A stretch of DNA of 64,000 nt from Mytilus edulis (taxonomy: Eukaryota): the NCBI RefSeq assembly GCF_963676685.1, contig NC_092348.1, positions 9,548,001-9,612,000 of the forward strand. The letters are read 5' to 3'. The position numbers and the translations under genes are program-made. The notes under the pieces are model-generated. The model saw only the letters and a program-made list of their open reading frames with translations. It did no database searches and was not told where the DNA came from. The stretch's first letter is position 1. The number at the start of each line of letters is the position of its first letter. This document shows positions 39,972-53,215 of this stretch, piece by piece.

Positions 39972-41760
39972 TGTAAATTAAATATTTAATTTCATAAATA
40001 GAGCTCAAAATAAACAATTTATATAATAAAATAAGACATGCAATAGAAATATGTAAATTCTTTCCTAAAATGTGGCTATGGAAGTCACGTCGAAGATAAA
40101 ATATTACAAGAGATAAAATGTGTTTGTTGTTACACTAAAAACTTGAACATGACGCAAGACGTTGTTTTTACACTTACAACTTCTACTTCAAACTTACACA
40201 TTTAGTAAAATCATTTCCATTTAGAGAAAACTTAATGCGCTGTCGGTATCGTATACAAGTTTTTATAGTTTTTTCGCACAAGAAATGAATTTGCATGTTC
40301 GGTTAATTAAACATGGACACATAATAACAGGAAACTAATAGTCATATAATGTTTTTATGATTATGCATCTCACTTGTAAGAAAAGACATTTTACAAAACA
40401 ATGCCAATCATAGCTACATTATAATGATATAATGCAGTTATGTTCGACTTCGACGAACTTGTAGCGATATTGCTGAGATGGGTAAACAGGAAAAGGGAGA
40501 ATTAGCGTTAAATGTATACAAGACAAATATCGGGAGAAATTGCAAGAAATTTCCCGTATCATTTAAGAAAAAGCCGTTTTACTTGTTCGTATTCGTGACA
40601 GTTTCATGTAATTTGCCACCGACTAGAAGATTTTAAACCTCAAAGAAAAAGCTGTCCATTCGAATGACTAATGGAGTATGGTCTGATATTCAAAGGCCAT
40701 TGCTACAGATATCTAGATCGAAACATTTATAGAAACCAATGATTATGTGCATATATATTATTATAGATGAACAAATTTCGATTGCTGGATAATGCAATAT
40801 AATGTAGCAAATAGTTTTAAAGTAATCTTATACCAATTCAATGTTTAGTTTATTTTTCATACGCAATTTGTATAAAGAACCTTATTTCATTTAATTTTAT
40901 CCAGTTGGCCAAATGAAGTCGAGAGAAAAATACTTTTTAATCAACGACGCCAAATACCTCCTCTAGTGACGCGAAAAAGGAAAGTATATCATTTCCTGTA
41001 ACACTGCGGATGAAAAGGAAATAATGTATTGTTGTAGTTATTAATACAGAGTTATAAGCGGAAATTTGAATATCAAGATACATAATGAAACAGAAAGTTT
41101 ATTATAACAGTATAAGGAGATTTGTTATATAAAACTTTTTGATTCAAATATGTTTTCTGTTTCAGTTGACAAATATTGCACTAACGTCATAATATCAAAT
41201 GGTATTCAGAATTTTCATATTAAAAGTGCGTTAACCATTTTGCAATTAAAAAAATCGCAACAGAATAATAAACCTATGTATCCTTATTTACAAGGCACGT
41301 CTTGTCGATATATTTGCGAAGAATGTGTTTCACATTAATGTTATAATGAATTTACTCAACGTAGCCATGATCTCGGGGTAAATATGTACTGACAAGGAAC
41401 GATTCGTTCTTCGAAATCTGCCAAGTCTCGAGAAGACTTGTCAATATGTGATTGCATGAATACTTGTACCATAAGTTTTAATGAGTAAGTTGATAGGCTG
41501 CAGGTTAAAACAGGAAAAAAACTTTAAGTATTATAAGACTCACTCCATTGACTACGTTTTCGGATTCTTTTATCGTTTTGTAGTAATAGTGTAATGTGTA
41601 TTGATTCGGATACCATAGCATTTGGCATTTGTCAATTTCGTTTATGTATAAAATTGTATAATATCATATAATTGATGTTTTTATTTTCCACTGTAATATA
41701 ATCTTGTAGGGAGAGAGGTACATATATAAAACAAAATGACTTTGTGTAACATTTAGGTGC

Positions 41761-41925
41761 CAAATAAACTCATCACAGATTTTGTATTTGTGCCAGACGC
41801 GCGTTTCGTCTCCTAAAGACTCATCAGTTAGTTACGCTCGAATCAAAAAAAGTTGAAAAGGCCAAATAAATACGAATTTGAAGAGCATTGAGGACCAAAC
41901 ATTCCTAAAAGTGTTGCCAAATACA
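41761..41925 (-). mobile_element. Retrozyme family 1-related copy, hammerhead core intact, stem I disturbed
   Basis: Minus strand 41839-41790: gagcgtaactaa-CTGATGA-gtct ttagg agac-GAAA-cgcgcg-TC-tggcac. Confidence 0.75.
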
Positions 41926-42097
41926 TTTTTGCTAACTTTAAAGAAAATTACAGGTATATTTTTTTCTGAAGAAAAAATAGATTATTATATTTTTTTATTT
42001 ATTTTTTTTTTTGGGGGGGGGGGGGGGTATGAGAAGTGTGGGTTATTGATTGTACATACTCATAAACAAAGTGAAACATTTTTGCTAATTTTTAAGA

Positions 42098-43179
42098 CAA
42101 GAGTGCATACGCTGAAATGTCTCGCCTTCCATGCTATCATTGATACTATGTTGATAGTCCTAAGTATAAAGCTAATCTTTATTACAACTGTCACATAAAC
42201 TTAACATTAACCAAGATAACTAAACAAAGACCAATGAACCTTGAAAATGAGGTCAAGATCAGATGAACCATGCCAGGTAGACATGTACAGCTAACAATGC
42301 TTCTATACAACATAATAGTTGACACATTACTTATAGTTTAAGAAAAATAGACCAAAACACAAAAACTTAACACTGTGCAATGAACCGTGAAAATGAGGAC
42401 ACGGTCAAATAAAACCTGAGCGACTGACATAAAGATCATAAAATATTTCCATACACCAAATATAGTTGACCTATGGCATATAGTATTAGATAAAAAAGAC
42501 CAAAACTCAAAAACTTAACTTTGACCACTGAAACATGAAAATGAGGTCAAGGTCACATGACATCTGCCCGCTAGAGATGTACACCATACAATCATTCCAT
42601 ACAACAAATATAGTAGACCTATTGCATATAGTATGAGAAAAACAGACCAAAACACAAAAACTTAACTATAACCACTGAACCATGAAAATGAGGTCAAGGT
42701 CAGATGACACCTGCCAGTTGGACATGTACACCTTACAGTCCTTCCATACACCGAATGTACTAGCCCTATTGCTTATAGTATCTGAGATATGGACTTGACC
42801 ACCAAAACTTAACCTTGTTCACTGATCCATGAAATGAGGTCGAGGTCAAGTGAAAACTGTCTGACAGACATGAGGACCTTGCAAGGTACGCACATATCAA
42901 ATATAGTAATCCTATTACTTATTATAAGAGAGAATTCAACATTACAAAAAAATTGAACTTTTTTTTCAAGTGGTCACTGAATCATGAAAATGAGGTCAAG
43001 GACATTGGACATGTGACTGACGGAAACTCCGTAACATGAAGCATCTATATACAAAGTATGAAGCATCCAGGTCTTCGACTTCCTAAAATATAAAGCTTTT
43101 AAGAAATGAGCTAACACCGCCGCCGCCGGATCACTATTCCTATGTCGAGCTTTCTGCAACAAAAGTTGCAGGCTCGACA
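42098..43179 (-). mobile_element. Full-length Helentron/HINE-like element with internal ~150-160-bp satellite-like repeats
   Basis: Minus-strand 5' hairpin tgtcgagcctgcaacttttgttgcagaaagctcgaca, short (gcg)n tract, about 5-6 units anchored on aaaatgaggtcaaggtca, 3' end ggcgagacatttcagcgtatgcactcttgt. Inserted in an A/T run with no TSD; the empty site is visible at ~43280-43310. Confidence 0.8.
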
Positions 43180-44456
43180 AAAATTACAGGTAATTTTTTC
43201 TTAAATAAAAAAATAGATTATTCTTTTATGAGAAGTGTGGGTTATTGATTGTACATACTCATAAACAAATTGAAACATTTTTGCTAATTTTTAAGAAAAT
43301 TACAGGTAATTTTTTCTTCAATAAAAAAATAGATAATTCTTTTTTTTTTTTTGGGGGGGGGGGGAGTTGGGTATGAGAAGTGTGTGATTGATAAACATAA
43401 ACAAAGTGAAACATATTATTAGATTCGTCGTCTTCTAAAGATAAGTATAGTGAATATTTCTTCTTTTTTTTTCTTCTTTTTTTTTCTCTTTTATCTTTCG
43501 TATCAGATCAGCCTAATTCTATTACTCAATTGCACTTTTTAAATATACACTTTTTACATTTTTTGTTCTCTCTAGAATATATTCCATCAATTGGACCCTG
43601 TTGGCTCTTCATTGACCACTGCAACATATATACATTGAAGGTAGCGCTCTTGGCAGTCGTTATTTTAACACAAAAGATAAGCAACTATTATTTTAACGTT
43701 GAACGAATTGCAAAGCAGTAACTTTAAAGACCAACAACACCAATGAAACACTGAATTCATTTTTTCATTTTTTCTTGCATTTTTTAGTTTTTAAACGATT
43801 ATGGGTTCATGTGCATCCAGCACACATTTGCTTTAAAGCTTCAAATCTGTTACTGCAGCCCTATATAAAAAACATGAATTTCATGATAGTAGATGGTTTT
43901 CGCTGTGAAAACAAATGGTATATTGTTTAGAGAAACCTACTATTATATTTTCTTTCCAATACTATCCAAAATAACATAAACGTATCAATTCTAATGCAGC
44001 AGTTATTTTCATTAGACTTGATCCATGAGTGCGACATTCATTACATTTATATTAATTATTAGCTTCAATGATTTATAATTAGATATATAAATTGTTGGAA
44101 TCTGAATAAATACAATAGATGTAAAAGAGATAAAATATAGGCACATGTTGAAAAATTACACAAATGAACAATATGTTTTAAAATCTTCGATGTTTTAAAA
44201 ACCAATATACCACTTTAACTTATACGTGTTCTTATTATGGTGATTTACTTGCAAGGTTGTGGTATATATGTAATGTAAAGACGCTAGAATACAGCAGGTT
44301 AAACATAGATGATCATTAACAGTCAGAAATGTATGGTCGATTTATCGTCTCAACTTTTTGTTTTCTTGAAATCTTTTGGTACAACTTTTTGGAATTTTGG
44401 ATCCCCAATGCTCTTCAATTTTGTACTTGTTTGGCTTTATAAATATTTTAATATGA

Positions 44457-44500
44457 GCGTCACTGATGAGTCTTATGTAGACGAAACGCAGGTCTGGCGT
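44457..44500 (+). ncRNA. Minimal type I hammerhead ribozyme (retrozyme family 1)
   Basis: Stem I GCGUCA/UGGCGU, core CUGAUGA, stem II GUCU-uaugu-AGAC, GAAA, minimal stem III C-gcag-G, GUC cleavage triplet ending at 44494. Confidence 0.85.
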
Positions 44501-45294
44501 ACTAAATTATAATCTTGGTACTTTTGATAACTAATTATACAAAAAATAACTATGGTTAGTATGATTTAACTGTTCAAACTAGAGTAATATGCTCTAAGAT
44601 GATTTTAAAAGGAATAATTTGAGCTATATTTTTTCAACTTTTATCTAAATAAAAAGTAGAGCTTGTTTGCCGTCAGGTACTTACAAGAGAAAATTAAAAT
44701 AAGTCATATAGTGAGATCAATACGTAACTGAACCTAATACTAAGGAGTTATCTAACTAGAACTAATTCATATTATCAATGTTTTGCATTGATAGATATAT
44801 TTAAATGTTTGACAATGATGAACAACAATCAGAGTGTAGACAGTTGATTAAATAAAAAAAATATTATACAAACCACTTCAATTGTGTGTGCTCCTTGTGA
44901 AAGTGAATAAAAAAAAAGTGATTCGAACATAAGCATTAATATTAAGTGTTATTTTCAATTGATGTTGGAAGACTTTAAGCTGCCCATTATTAAATTGCTA
45001 TATTACTTTTTATGTTAAAGTTCGTTCTGTTCATTGAAATAGAAGGTAGGGTGAGAATAAGTAGTAAAACCAAATCTGCTATTAGACCATCACAACCATT
45101 TAATGACGGTCAACATATTACACGAATGTACCTGATCCGTTTCATATCAAGAAAATTCTATTCGGGGCCATCATTATTATCTGGAATAAGAAATCGAAGT
45201 AACTTGATATATAATTACTTCTTATGACAAAACTATTTTAGTTCGAGTGCATTTATGTTTTAAGGCATTTATGATTTCTGCAAATATCAGCACT

Positions 45295-45360
45295 TTTGTA
45301 GACGAAACGCGCGTCTGGCGTATATATAAAATTTAGTCCTGGTATCTATGATGAGTTTAT
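45295..45360 (+). repeat. 3' half of a family 1 hammerhead (truncated retrozyme)
   Basis: tttgtagac-GAAA-cgcgcg-TC-tggcgt...cctggtatctatgatgagtttat; the CUGAUGA half is absent. Confidence 0.7.
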
Positions 45361-47172
45361 AAGAAGGAAAGAATGTATTTAGTGTGTGTGCTTGCATTGG
45401 TTGATGATATCGTAAGTCATAAAAAGAATCAAAGCATCCTACTTTATTACTAGAAACAAATATCAATTCAGAAGTGTTTAAAGCTTTTTTTATACACTCT
45501 ATATTGTTTTTTTTATGGATGTTAAGTTTTTTTCATTGTTTCCGCTTATAATTTGAATTCTGTTCACAAACTTAATTTATAAAAAAAGTAAAATTGTATT
45601 TCAAGTTTTCAAATATAAAGTAAATTTCTTTTTTCTGGCCATTTATTAAGATCAAATAAACAGCAATTGTGCATTTGGTAGTTTGTTTAAATGTAAAATA
45701 AAACATAAAAGAGTTTGAGGGCAATAAGGCAAATTTGTTCCATGTTCTTGTGTTAATGAACTTTCTTACAATTCTAATCAATATCTACTACTACTATTAT
45801 GATCAACTGTAAGATATAGTATAGGTTAAATGATGAAATAGAATAACGTTTTAGATTAGGATGACATAACTGTCCCATGTGTCTTGTATTCTGTCATTAA
45901 GAGGTTCATTAGTTAGCAGTGATGTACTTTTATCCATGAAAGGTGTTAAAATGTCTGATCTATTCTAGTAAGAATGTCCATGGATTCATGAGTTTGAACA
46001 GCGGTATACTACTGTTGTCTTTATCTATACTTTAAGCAATATATTGCTAGCGGGATATTTGATGTATTTCAAGGCAATAAAATCCATTTCTTGTATAAGT
46101 TGCCTTACTTGTAAATAATGTATGTCAATGATGTTGAGGAAGTCAAGATTCGGTTAGCTTCAAATGTCATTTTGTCAAAAAGATCCCTAAAAGATGATAA
46201 AATACAACTGACTCATCTGTATTGCACGTGTTTTTTTAACATCTTTCCTGTAGTTAAGGGACATAACAAATGCAGCGCTTTATAATTTCTCTATAATATT
46301 ATTTCACAATAAAGCAATTGTCTTTGTGACCTATTGCACTTTGTAAAAACAGCTGTTTCACAAACCATGACACTTGTTGGAAGATACATACTATTCATAT
46401 CAAATTTGTTTTCTTTACCTACTGCCTACTGGTCCCAATATATGATCTTTATGGTTCACCTCATAAAGCCATAACTTGGGAACTTTACCAGTATGAATAA
46501 ATAGCGACTAAATTCAATTTTGAGGAAGATGCAATGTGAAGATAGGATCAGTTCAAAAAATTGTATACGTTTTAACTCTCGAATTTCTGCATATATATCA
46601 AAAGTATGCCGCACAGCCTTCTGTTTTGACATTAAGTTTATATGAGCTTTCCATTCTTGGATATCATTTTTACAAAACTTCATTATATTGATATTAAAAA
46701 AAATTAGTTTTGATCAATGCCCATTTCTACATTTTGCAAGTTAACTTAACTCAATTAGTTTTCGCCTTCCATGTAGATCTCTGAAATCAGGGAAATAATA
46801 TTAAAACAAAAATGGTATTGTGCAAACAAATATTAGACAATAATGTCATGAAATACTAGACCGTAATTTATATACTAAACCTGAGGGTGATAGTTATTAT
46901 TACTCAAGATGCAGGCTATAAACGAATCCGCAGTAACGCTCAAATCAAACTTAAAATCCAGAGACAAAATCAAATATGAAGGTGAAAAGCAATTCCGAAC
47001 ATGAACGCGCGAAACCGAGCACTAAAGTTATGGCATGACGACAGAAATATGCTTCAACTGTGGAAAAAGCTTAAATCGTAAATTATAGATCTTATCTCGA
47101 ATCGTCCATCTGTGCCAATATCACGAAAAAGATCAAGATATCTAGCAAATATAGATTTAGTTTTAGTAGTAA

Positions 47173-47667
47173 CCTCATCGTCAAATTATCTGGAATATAA
47201 GAGATTCTTCCACTCTCTAAAATGTGTTTTATTCAGTGACATGACTTCCTTCATCTCTATATCTTAATGTGAATTAAAGAACTTAGCAAGGTAATTCTAT
47301 ACTTTCCCCTAAAAAGGTTTGTATAAATTTTGATCTCCTCATCGTGATATTATCTGGAATATAAGAGATTCTTCCACTCTTTAAAATGTGTTTTATTTAG
47401 TGACATTTCTTCCTTCATCTCTATATCTTAATGTGAATTACAGAACTTAGAAAGGTAATTCTATACTTTCCCCTAAAAAGGTTTGTATAAATTTTGATCT
47501 CCTCATCGTCATATTATCTGGAATATAAGAGATTCTTTCACTCTCTAAAATGTGTTTTATTCATCGACATGACTTTCTTTCATCTCTATATCTTAATGTG
47601 AATTACAGAACTTAGCAAGGTTATTCTATACTTTCCCCTAAAAAGGTATGTATAAATTTTGATCTCA
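47173..47667. repeat. ~164-bp tandem repeat, 3 copies
   Basis: cctcatcgt...ttatctggaatataagagattctt restarts at ~47173, ~47337 and ~47500. Confidence 0.9.
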
Positions 47668-50333
47668 TCTCTTCGATAACAACCAAAGAGAAGACTGCTC
47701 TGAGGGATACGATTGTCATTGTTTTCATTGACACATGTATACATGTAGCAGGATAATATTATTTTTAAAACTAATTCAACTGCACATGTAAAATGTAATT
47801 TACGTAATCTGAATAGTTACAAAATAGCCAATCCCGGATACAAGTGTATGAACAATGTACTTATTGTGTTTTATTTTTGTACTATCAATTCAGAGTTTAC
47901 TTAAATATTGAATATACATTTCCTAAATAAATAGATATTCAAGAGCTTGCAACTGCCAATCACTCTGTATTACAGGTCACCAATCTGTGATATTTTTCTG
48001 ACTAATGTTCATGTTGAGAAGCCACTGAGAATAAGTTCAATATCCTCGTGAAAAACCAAGTTGACATTTCAATGATCATTGTAACATCAATTACTCGTCT
48101 GATGTTATTCTTTGGTTATTACTAAATATACTTAAAATTTTGATTGAAATAAAGAAGAATATACATTAATTTCGAAAACAGGAACAATCAATCATCCATT
48201 TGGACAACAGAAACCGGAAGTGAAAAAAACAACATTCTAAACAAGTAATCACGTTTTGATTAATGTCGGTTGACGTCAAATATACACAAATATGTATCTA
48301 TGATTAAATATCATTCAAGATGATGTTGTAATACAAATGCAAACAAAATTTGATAATATAGTAAGGGGAATAAACTAAATGACTCGTTCATTTCTTAAAA
48401 AAATTGTTGCTGATGTAATAAAAATGAAAAAGTGTCATATTTGTATGATGAACTTGCATGCCTTTTTCTTAAGTCTGTTTGCATGATTCTAGCTATTAAA
48501 TCGGTAGAAAAGATGAATATGTAGCTAGCAGACCAGGGTTTATTTTCTTGTGTAAGAATATTAGATGCTTGTTGAACTTTCCAATTTTGAATTGTGCACA
48601 AAGATGGACCGTTAACAGGTTGGGAACAACACTCAAAATGAGGGGTAACCCTCATTGGATGAACATTACAACCCACCGTAAAAATGAGCACCTTTATATT
48701 CATACTATTTGATGAAACTTTTCCCAAGAACTATGCATCAAATGGTCTAAACATGTCAAAGGAATTTCGTGATGTTTCTAAACTTATATCTTCTTTATTA
48801 ATTTGACCCTTCATTTAGAAAAGTTGTTCCAAATATAATGAATTTAACCACTTTCGAGTTAAAAATATTAAAAATTTTCTTCCTTTTTTTCAACAGTAAA
48901 ATGACCCCTTGTTTTAGGGACAGTCCCTCATTTAATGGACACCACTCATAATGGAGGGGGGGGGGGGGGTCCCAACCTTTTTGTTGGTCTTTGTGAAAAA
49001 AGAATAGTACATTGTCCTTTAAATGATTTAATTGAATACAAAATAAAATATGTTACGACAAGTATTACGTCAATAAATTAGTGAAAAAAAATACTATTTA
49101 TTATCTTTCTGGAAGTTCAGTAGACTCTGGACAATCGGCTACCCAAAAGTGCAGCTAAAATATCCGATTACCCGATATATTCAATTAGACGATGAATGTA
49201 TATTCATTGAATATTCTACAATCATAAGTAGACCTATTTCTTAATATGTGAAAGGGCTGGAGGATTGATGGAGTGATTTTTATCAGTTACATCACCACGA
49301 TGTTTGCGATGTTTGCGTAAAAAATATCAGCTGATTATGTAATGATTAAATTTGTTTGGACTTGCTGTTTTTAAATCTTATATTTATTAAAATAAACCAA
49401 ATGTCCTGAAATATTTATGTGAATTATTATCTTTCATCCATAGTTTGTCTTTACTAGTTTGGTAAACAAATTAATATCCATTATTTACATTTTCACACAG
49501 GTAAACTAATTTGGCTATAAATAGATCAAAGCATGTGTAGAATCTCTAATCTAAAATCGTTATTGTTATAATTTTATTTCTTTAAATAATCAAATTTAAA
49601 TTTATGAAAATAATCATGATTGATAAAATAGTATTGCATAAAGTTTACGTTTTCGGAAGACTTGTTGTTAAGGTCATGGTTCTAGAGGCTTCTTCACATA
49701 TTTGTAAACAAACCAATATGGCCGCCACATGTGATTACCTTTGCACATGTGAAAACAATATTTTTGACTAAAGTCAGATTTCTCTTGTCAAAGGGGATTT
49801 ATATTTATATTGCAATAAATTATTCAGAAGGAGGTACATTCAGTTTAGATTATATTTTTCATTCTATGAGCATTTAGAGTTTATTCAAAATTCTCCCAAC
49901 ACATTCAACAGCAAGGTACTGCTCTTGTCAACTGAGTCTTGAATAATTTTATAAATAGATTCAAACCATTTGAAATAGAAGGGCATCTAATTCACATGAC
50001 AAAGGAAAAACAATGAATAAAGACAACAATTTAATAAGAAATAGATCCTTTTTATTTATTAAAAACAAAACTTTCTTGTCTGCAAGAGTGCAATTCGTAA
50101 CTTCCAAGGGCGAACATGTAAACAGGGCGAGTTGTCCCGATACCAAATTCACGCATGCGTACTACAAATATCTACAGTAAAAAAATCCTGTTACAAGTAA
50201 ACAAATAACATTCATGCAGATGAGATGAAATCTAATAATTTACATAAATAAAAGGGTACATATTTACGATAATGATTGTTTTTCAATCCTAATTTACAAA
50301 TTAAATGATTTAGATGCTTAATCATGTGTTAAA

Positions 50334-51556
50334 GGGAAAACGGTACTATTTATTCTGCCATAGGCGACAATGTTAACATTTTCTAAATTTACCACTTTTT
50401 AAGATAAAAACCTGGATAAAACAGTTATATGTTGTGTTAGTACTTTATTACTCTGTTTTAAAAATGAAAGCCAAATAGTATCATGACCAACTTCCAACGG
50501 AGCTTGTTTATGTTATCCATGCCCACCGTCATTTTGCACCAAATTTATGAAATTTTGCAAGTCTTTTCGAATAATTCTCTAGAAAATATTTCAATAGGTT
50601 TTAAAATTTATATTGTAAATATACATGTTCCAGACCATACGAGTATTTGGACCGTACGCGTACGGTCCGGACCGTATACGTATACTCGTACGGTCCGACC
50701 ATACGCGTACGGTCGGACCGTATGAGTATACTCGTACGATCCAGCTGACCATACATGTTTTGGTATCATATGGGTTAAATTAAAAAAAATAAACAATAAC
50801 CAAAAATTTGTAGCTTTAGTTCTCCAAGATGCTATTTTTACATCAGATGGGTAAGTGAATAAGCGTACAATTGAAATTAAATGTTTGTTTAATTCTATAT
50901 CTGAATCCCATTTTTGTACTCTCGCTGCAGTTGACACTAACTACCACAAGGAATGTTATGTTTTTTTTTATTAATTTACATTAACATGTTTGCGGTCCAT
51001 TCATGTTCCTTTGCATATTCATTTTTTTATTTAAAGTTCACAAATATTATAAAACAATTGTCCTTGTACGTTTTGTTTACATCCGTTAACCTCAATTTCG
51101 ATGAGCATACTGGTCTTTAATTAATTACTGACATGCTAATTACAGGAGATTAACAGATTAAACTAGCGTGACCTTTTTAAAAAGTTAGAATATTAAGTTT
51201 TTATTTCAATATCAATTGAACTTTTTATATTAATTTGAGATATACGATTTTTTTATCTGTTATTTACATTTGTATCTGAAAAACTTGACCATCTTCTTAT
51301 TATTAGTTGGACCGTACGCGTACGGTCCGACCGTATGCGTATTTTGAAAAAGTACGCATACGGTCCAGACCGTACGCGTACGGTCCAAATACTCATACGG
51401 TCTGGAACATACACACTGCAGTTATTCATAGATAAATAAAAAATATATTGTACCCTTACATCCAATCACAGCGCTCCTAATTTGACTTCCTTCACCTGCC
51501 TTTGGTACACAAAAGGCCAACCTAATGCTGGGAAAATTAAATAGTACCGTTTTCCC
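50334..51556. mobile_element. MITE (GGGAAAACGGTACTATTT TIRs), copy 1, interrupted by a nested element
   Basis: By eye identical to 52781-53215 apart from the 784-bp insert and its TSD. Confidence 0.9.
50626..51409. mobile_element. Ginger-like MITE (TGT...ACA, 4-bp TSD) rich in palindromes
   Basis: TIRs TGTTCCAGACC / GGTCTGGAACA, TSD TACA (50622-50625, 51410-51413) confirmed by the empty site in copy 2, repeated palindrome gaccgtacgcgtacggtc. Confidence 0.9.
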
Positions 51557-52780
51557 TATACTGTGACATAAAGATATAAAGAATTCTTATGACATTATTA
51601 ATGCAATACTGGGCTATTGTGAAAACCTTGGCTATAATAAATACTTGTATGTCCCCAGTACTTAAAGAAATATAGATCATTTTATGTCCCCACCCCTACA
51701 TGCTGGTTTACCTCATTCTCTACTTCTTTCAGAAAAGCCTTAATAAACAACCTGTATCCAATCATACTTTATCTTATTTAAAAACAATGATAAATAGTTC
51801 CATTTAAACAGATAAAATGGACAGTTCCATTCAATTTGTATTCATTTTATCAAAAATTTACAAGAAATGCACAAATTCAAGATTTTTCATACTAATCTCC
51901 ATTCCATGCTTTAGTATATGCCATATTGTGGTTAGAGCTTGTTATAAAATCTATTATTCTGTCTTGAGATGATGAAAACAAAGATATTAGACACTTTAAA
52001 CATTAAATATGCAAACTACTCAGCTGTAAAGTTGCCTTTGTTGCCTGTATTAATCAATGAAAAAGCTGAATTATGTCCCTTGGGAGTATTAATTTCCAAC
52101 AAAAGTCCTTTCAAACAGTAGGAAATGAAAAATTATTTATGTCTGATATAATAAAAGAAAGAAACTACAAAATGAAGCACTTTTGAAATATTTGCTGCAT
52201 GCATTATCAAGAATGTGAACAATTCTTTACACAGGAGAGTATAAATTCTATGTAAATTTAGCCTGAAGTGGGCCTCTTTTTTTCTTAGATGAACAATTCT
52301 AACACTGAAAATGCTTTCAATGTGACCAAATATTGCCTAATTCCATAAACAGTACAAACTAAACCAGACAATTTCCCATTTTAATAGATTATGTTTACAG
52401 AAATACCCAAGTTATACATTTAGGGAATTACGCAGCAAAAAAGGCAAACATTTCAGTAAAAAATATTTGTCGCGACTTGAATTCTGGTGTTTCCAATTGA
52501 AAAAATCATTGCGAAAGGTGAAATCAAATACAAAAGAACTATAATATGGTGCATTTTACACAATATAGTTAATATTGACATCCTAGAATAAAGTTTTATA
52601 TCATTACCAATCAATTTGACCTATCATGATGACTCAGCACTTTTCTCAACACAGTATTGTTCTCAGTGAAAAATTTCTATTCTTTGTGATTAAAATCAAA
52701 TGTACTAATCAAAAGCTTCAAAATAGTATAAAAGAATTGAAGTTTGAGTGACTTTGATTTCCCTTGCTATCTTCAGTATA

Positions 52781-53215
52781 GGGAAAACGGTACTATTTAT
52801 TCTGCCATAGGCGACAATGTTAACATTTTCTAAATTTACCACTTTTTAAGATAAAAACCTGGATAAAACAGTTATATGTTGTGTTAGTACTTTATTACTC
52901 TGTTTTAAAAATGAAAGCCAAATAGTATCATGACCAACTTCCAACGGAGCTTGTTTATGTTATCCATGCCCACCGTCATTTTGCACCAAATTTATGAAAT
53001 TTTGCAAGTCTTTTCGAATAATTCTCTAGAAAATATTTCAATAGGTTTTAAAATTTATATTGTAAATATACACACTGCAGTTATTCATAGATAAATAAAA
53101 AATATATTGTACCCTTACATCCAATCACAGCGCTCCTAATTTGACTTCCTTCACCTGCCTTTGGTACACAAAAGGCCAACCTAATGCTGGGAAAATTAAA
53201 TAGTACCGTTTTCCC
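52781..53215. mobile_element. MITE (GGGAAAACGGTACTATTT TIRs), copy 2, 435 bp
   Basis: TIRs GGGAAAACGGTACTATTT / AAATAGTACCGTTTTCCC, same orientation as copy 1. Confidence 0.9.

Noticed and set aside
44309-44512. Short ORF over the hammerhead, and likewise 54861-55073
   Set aside because: Incidental frames across retrozyme repeats, not kept open between copies.
48200-48730. ETS/CRE-like motifs and a 110-aa minus-strand ORF
   Set aside because: Short motifs expected by chance; the ORF has no ATG start, splice context or recognisable domain.
50483-50937. Overlapping ORFs with RTVRPYAYG repeats
   Set aside because: Artefacts of the palindromic MITE.
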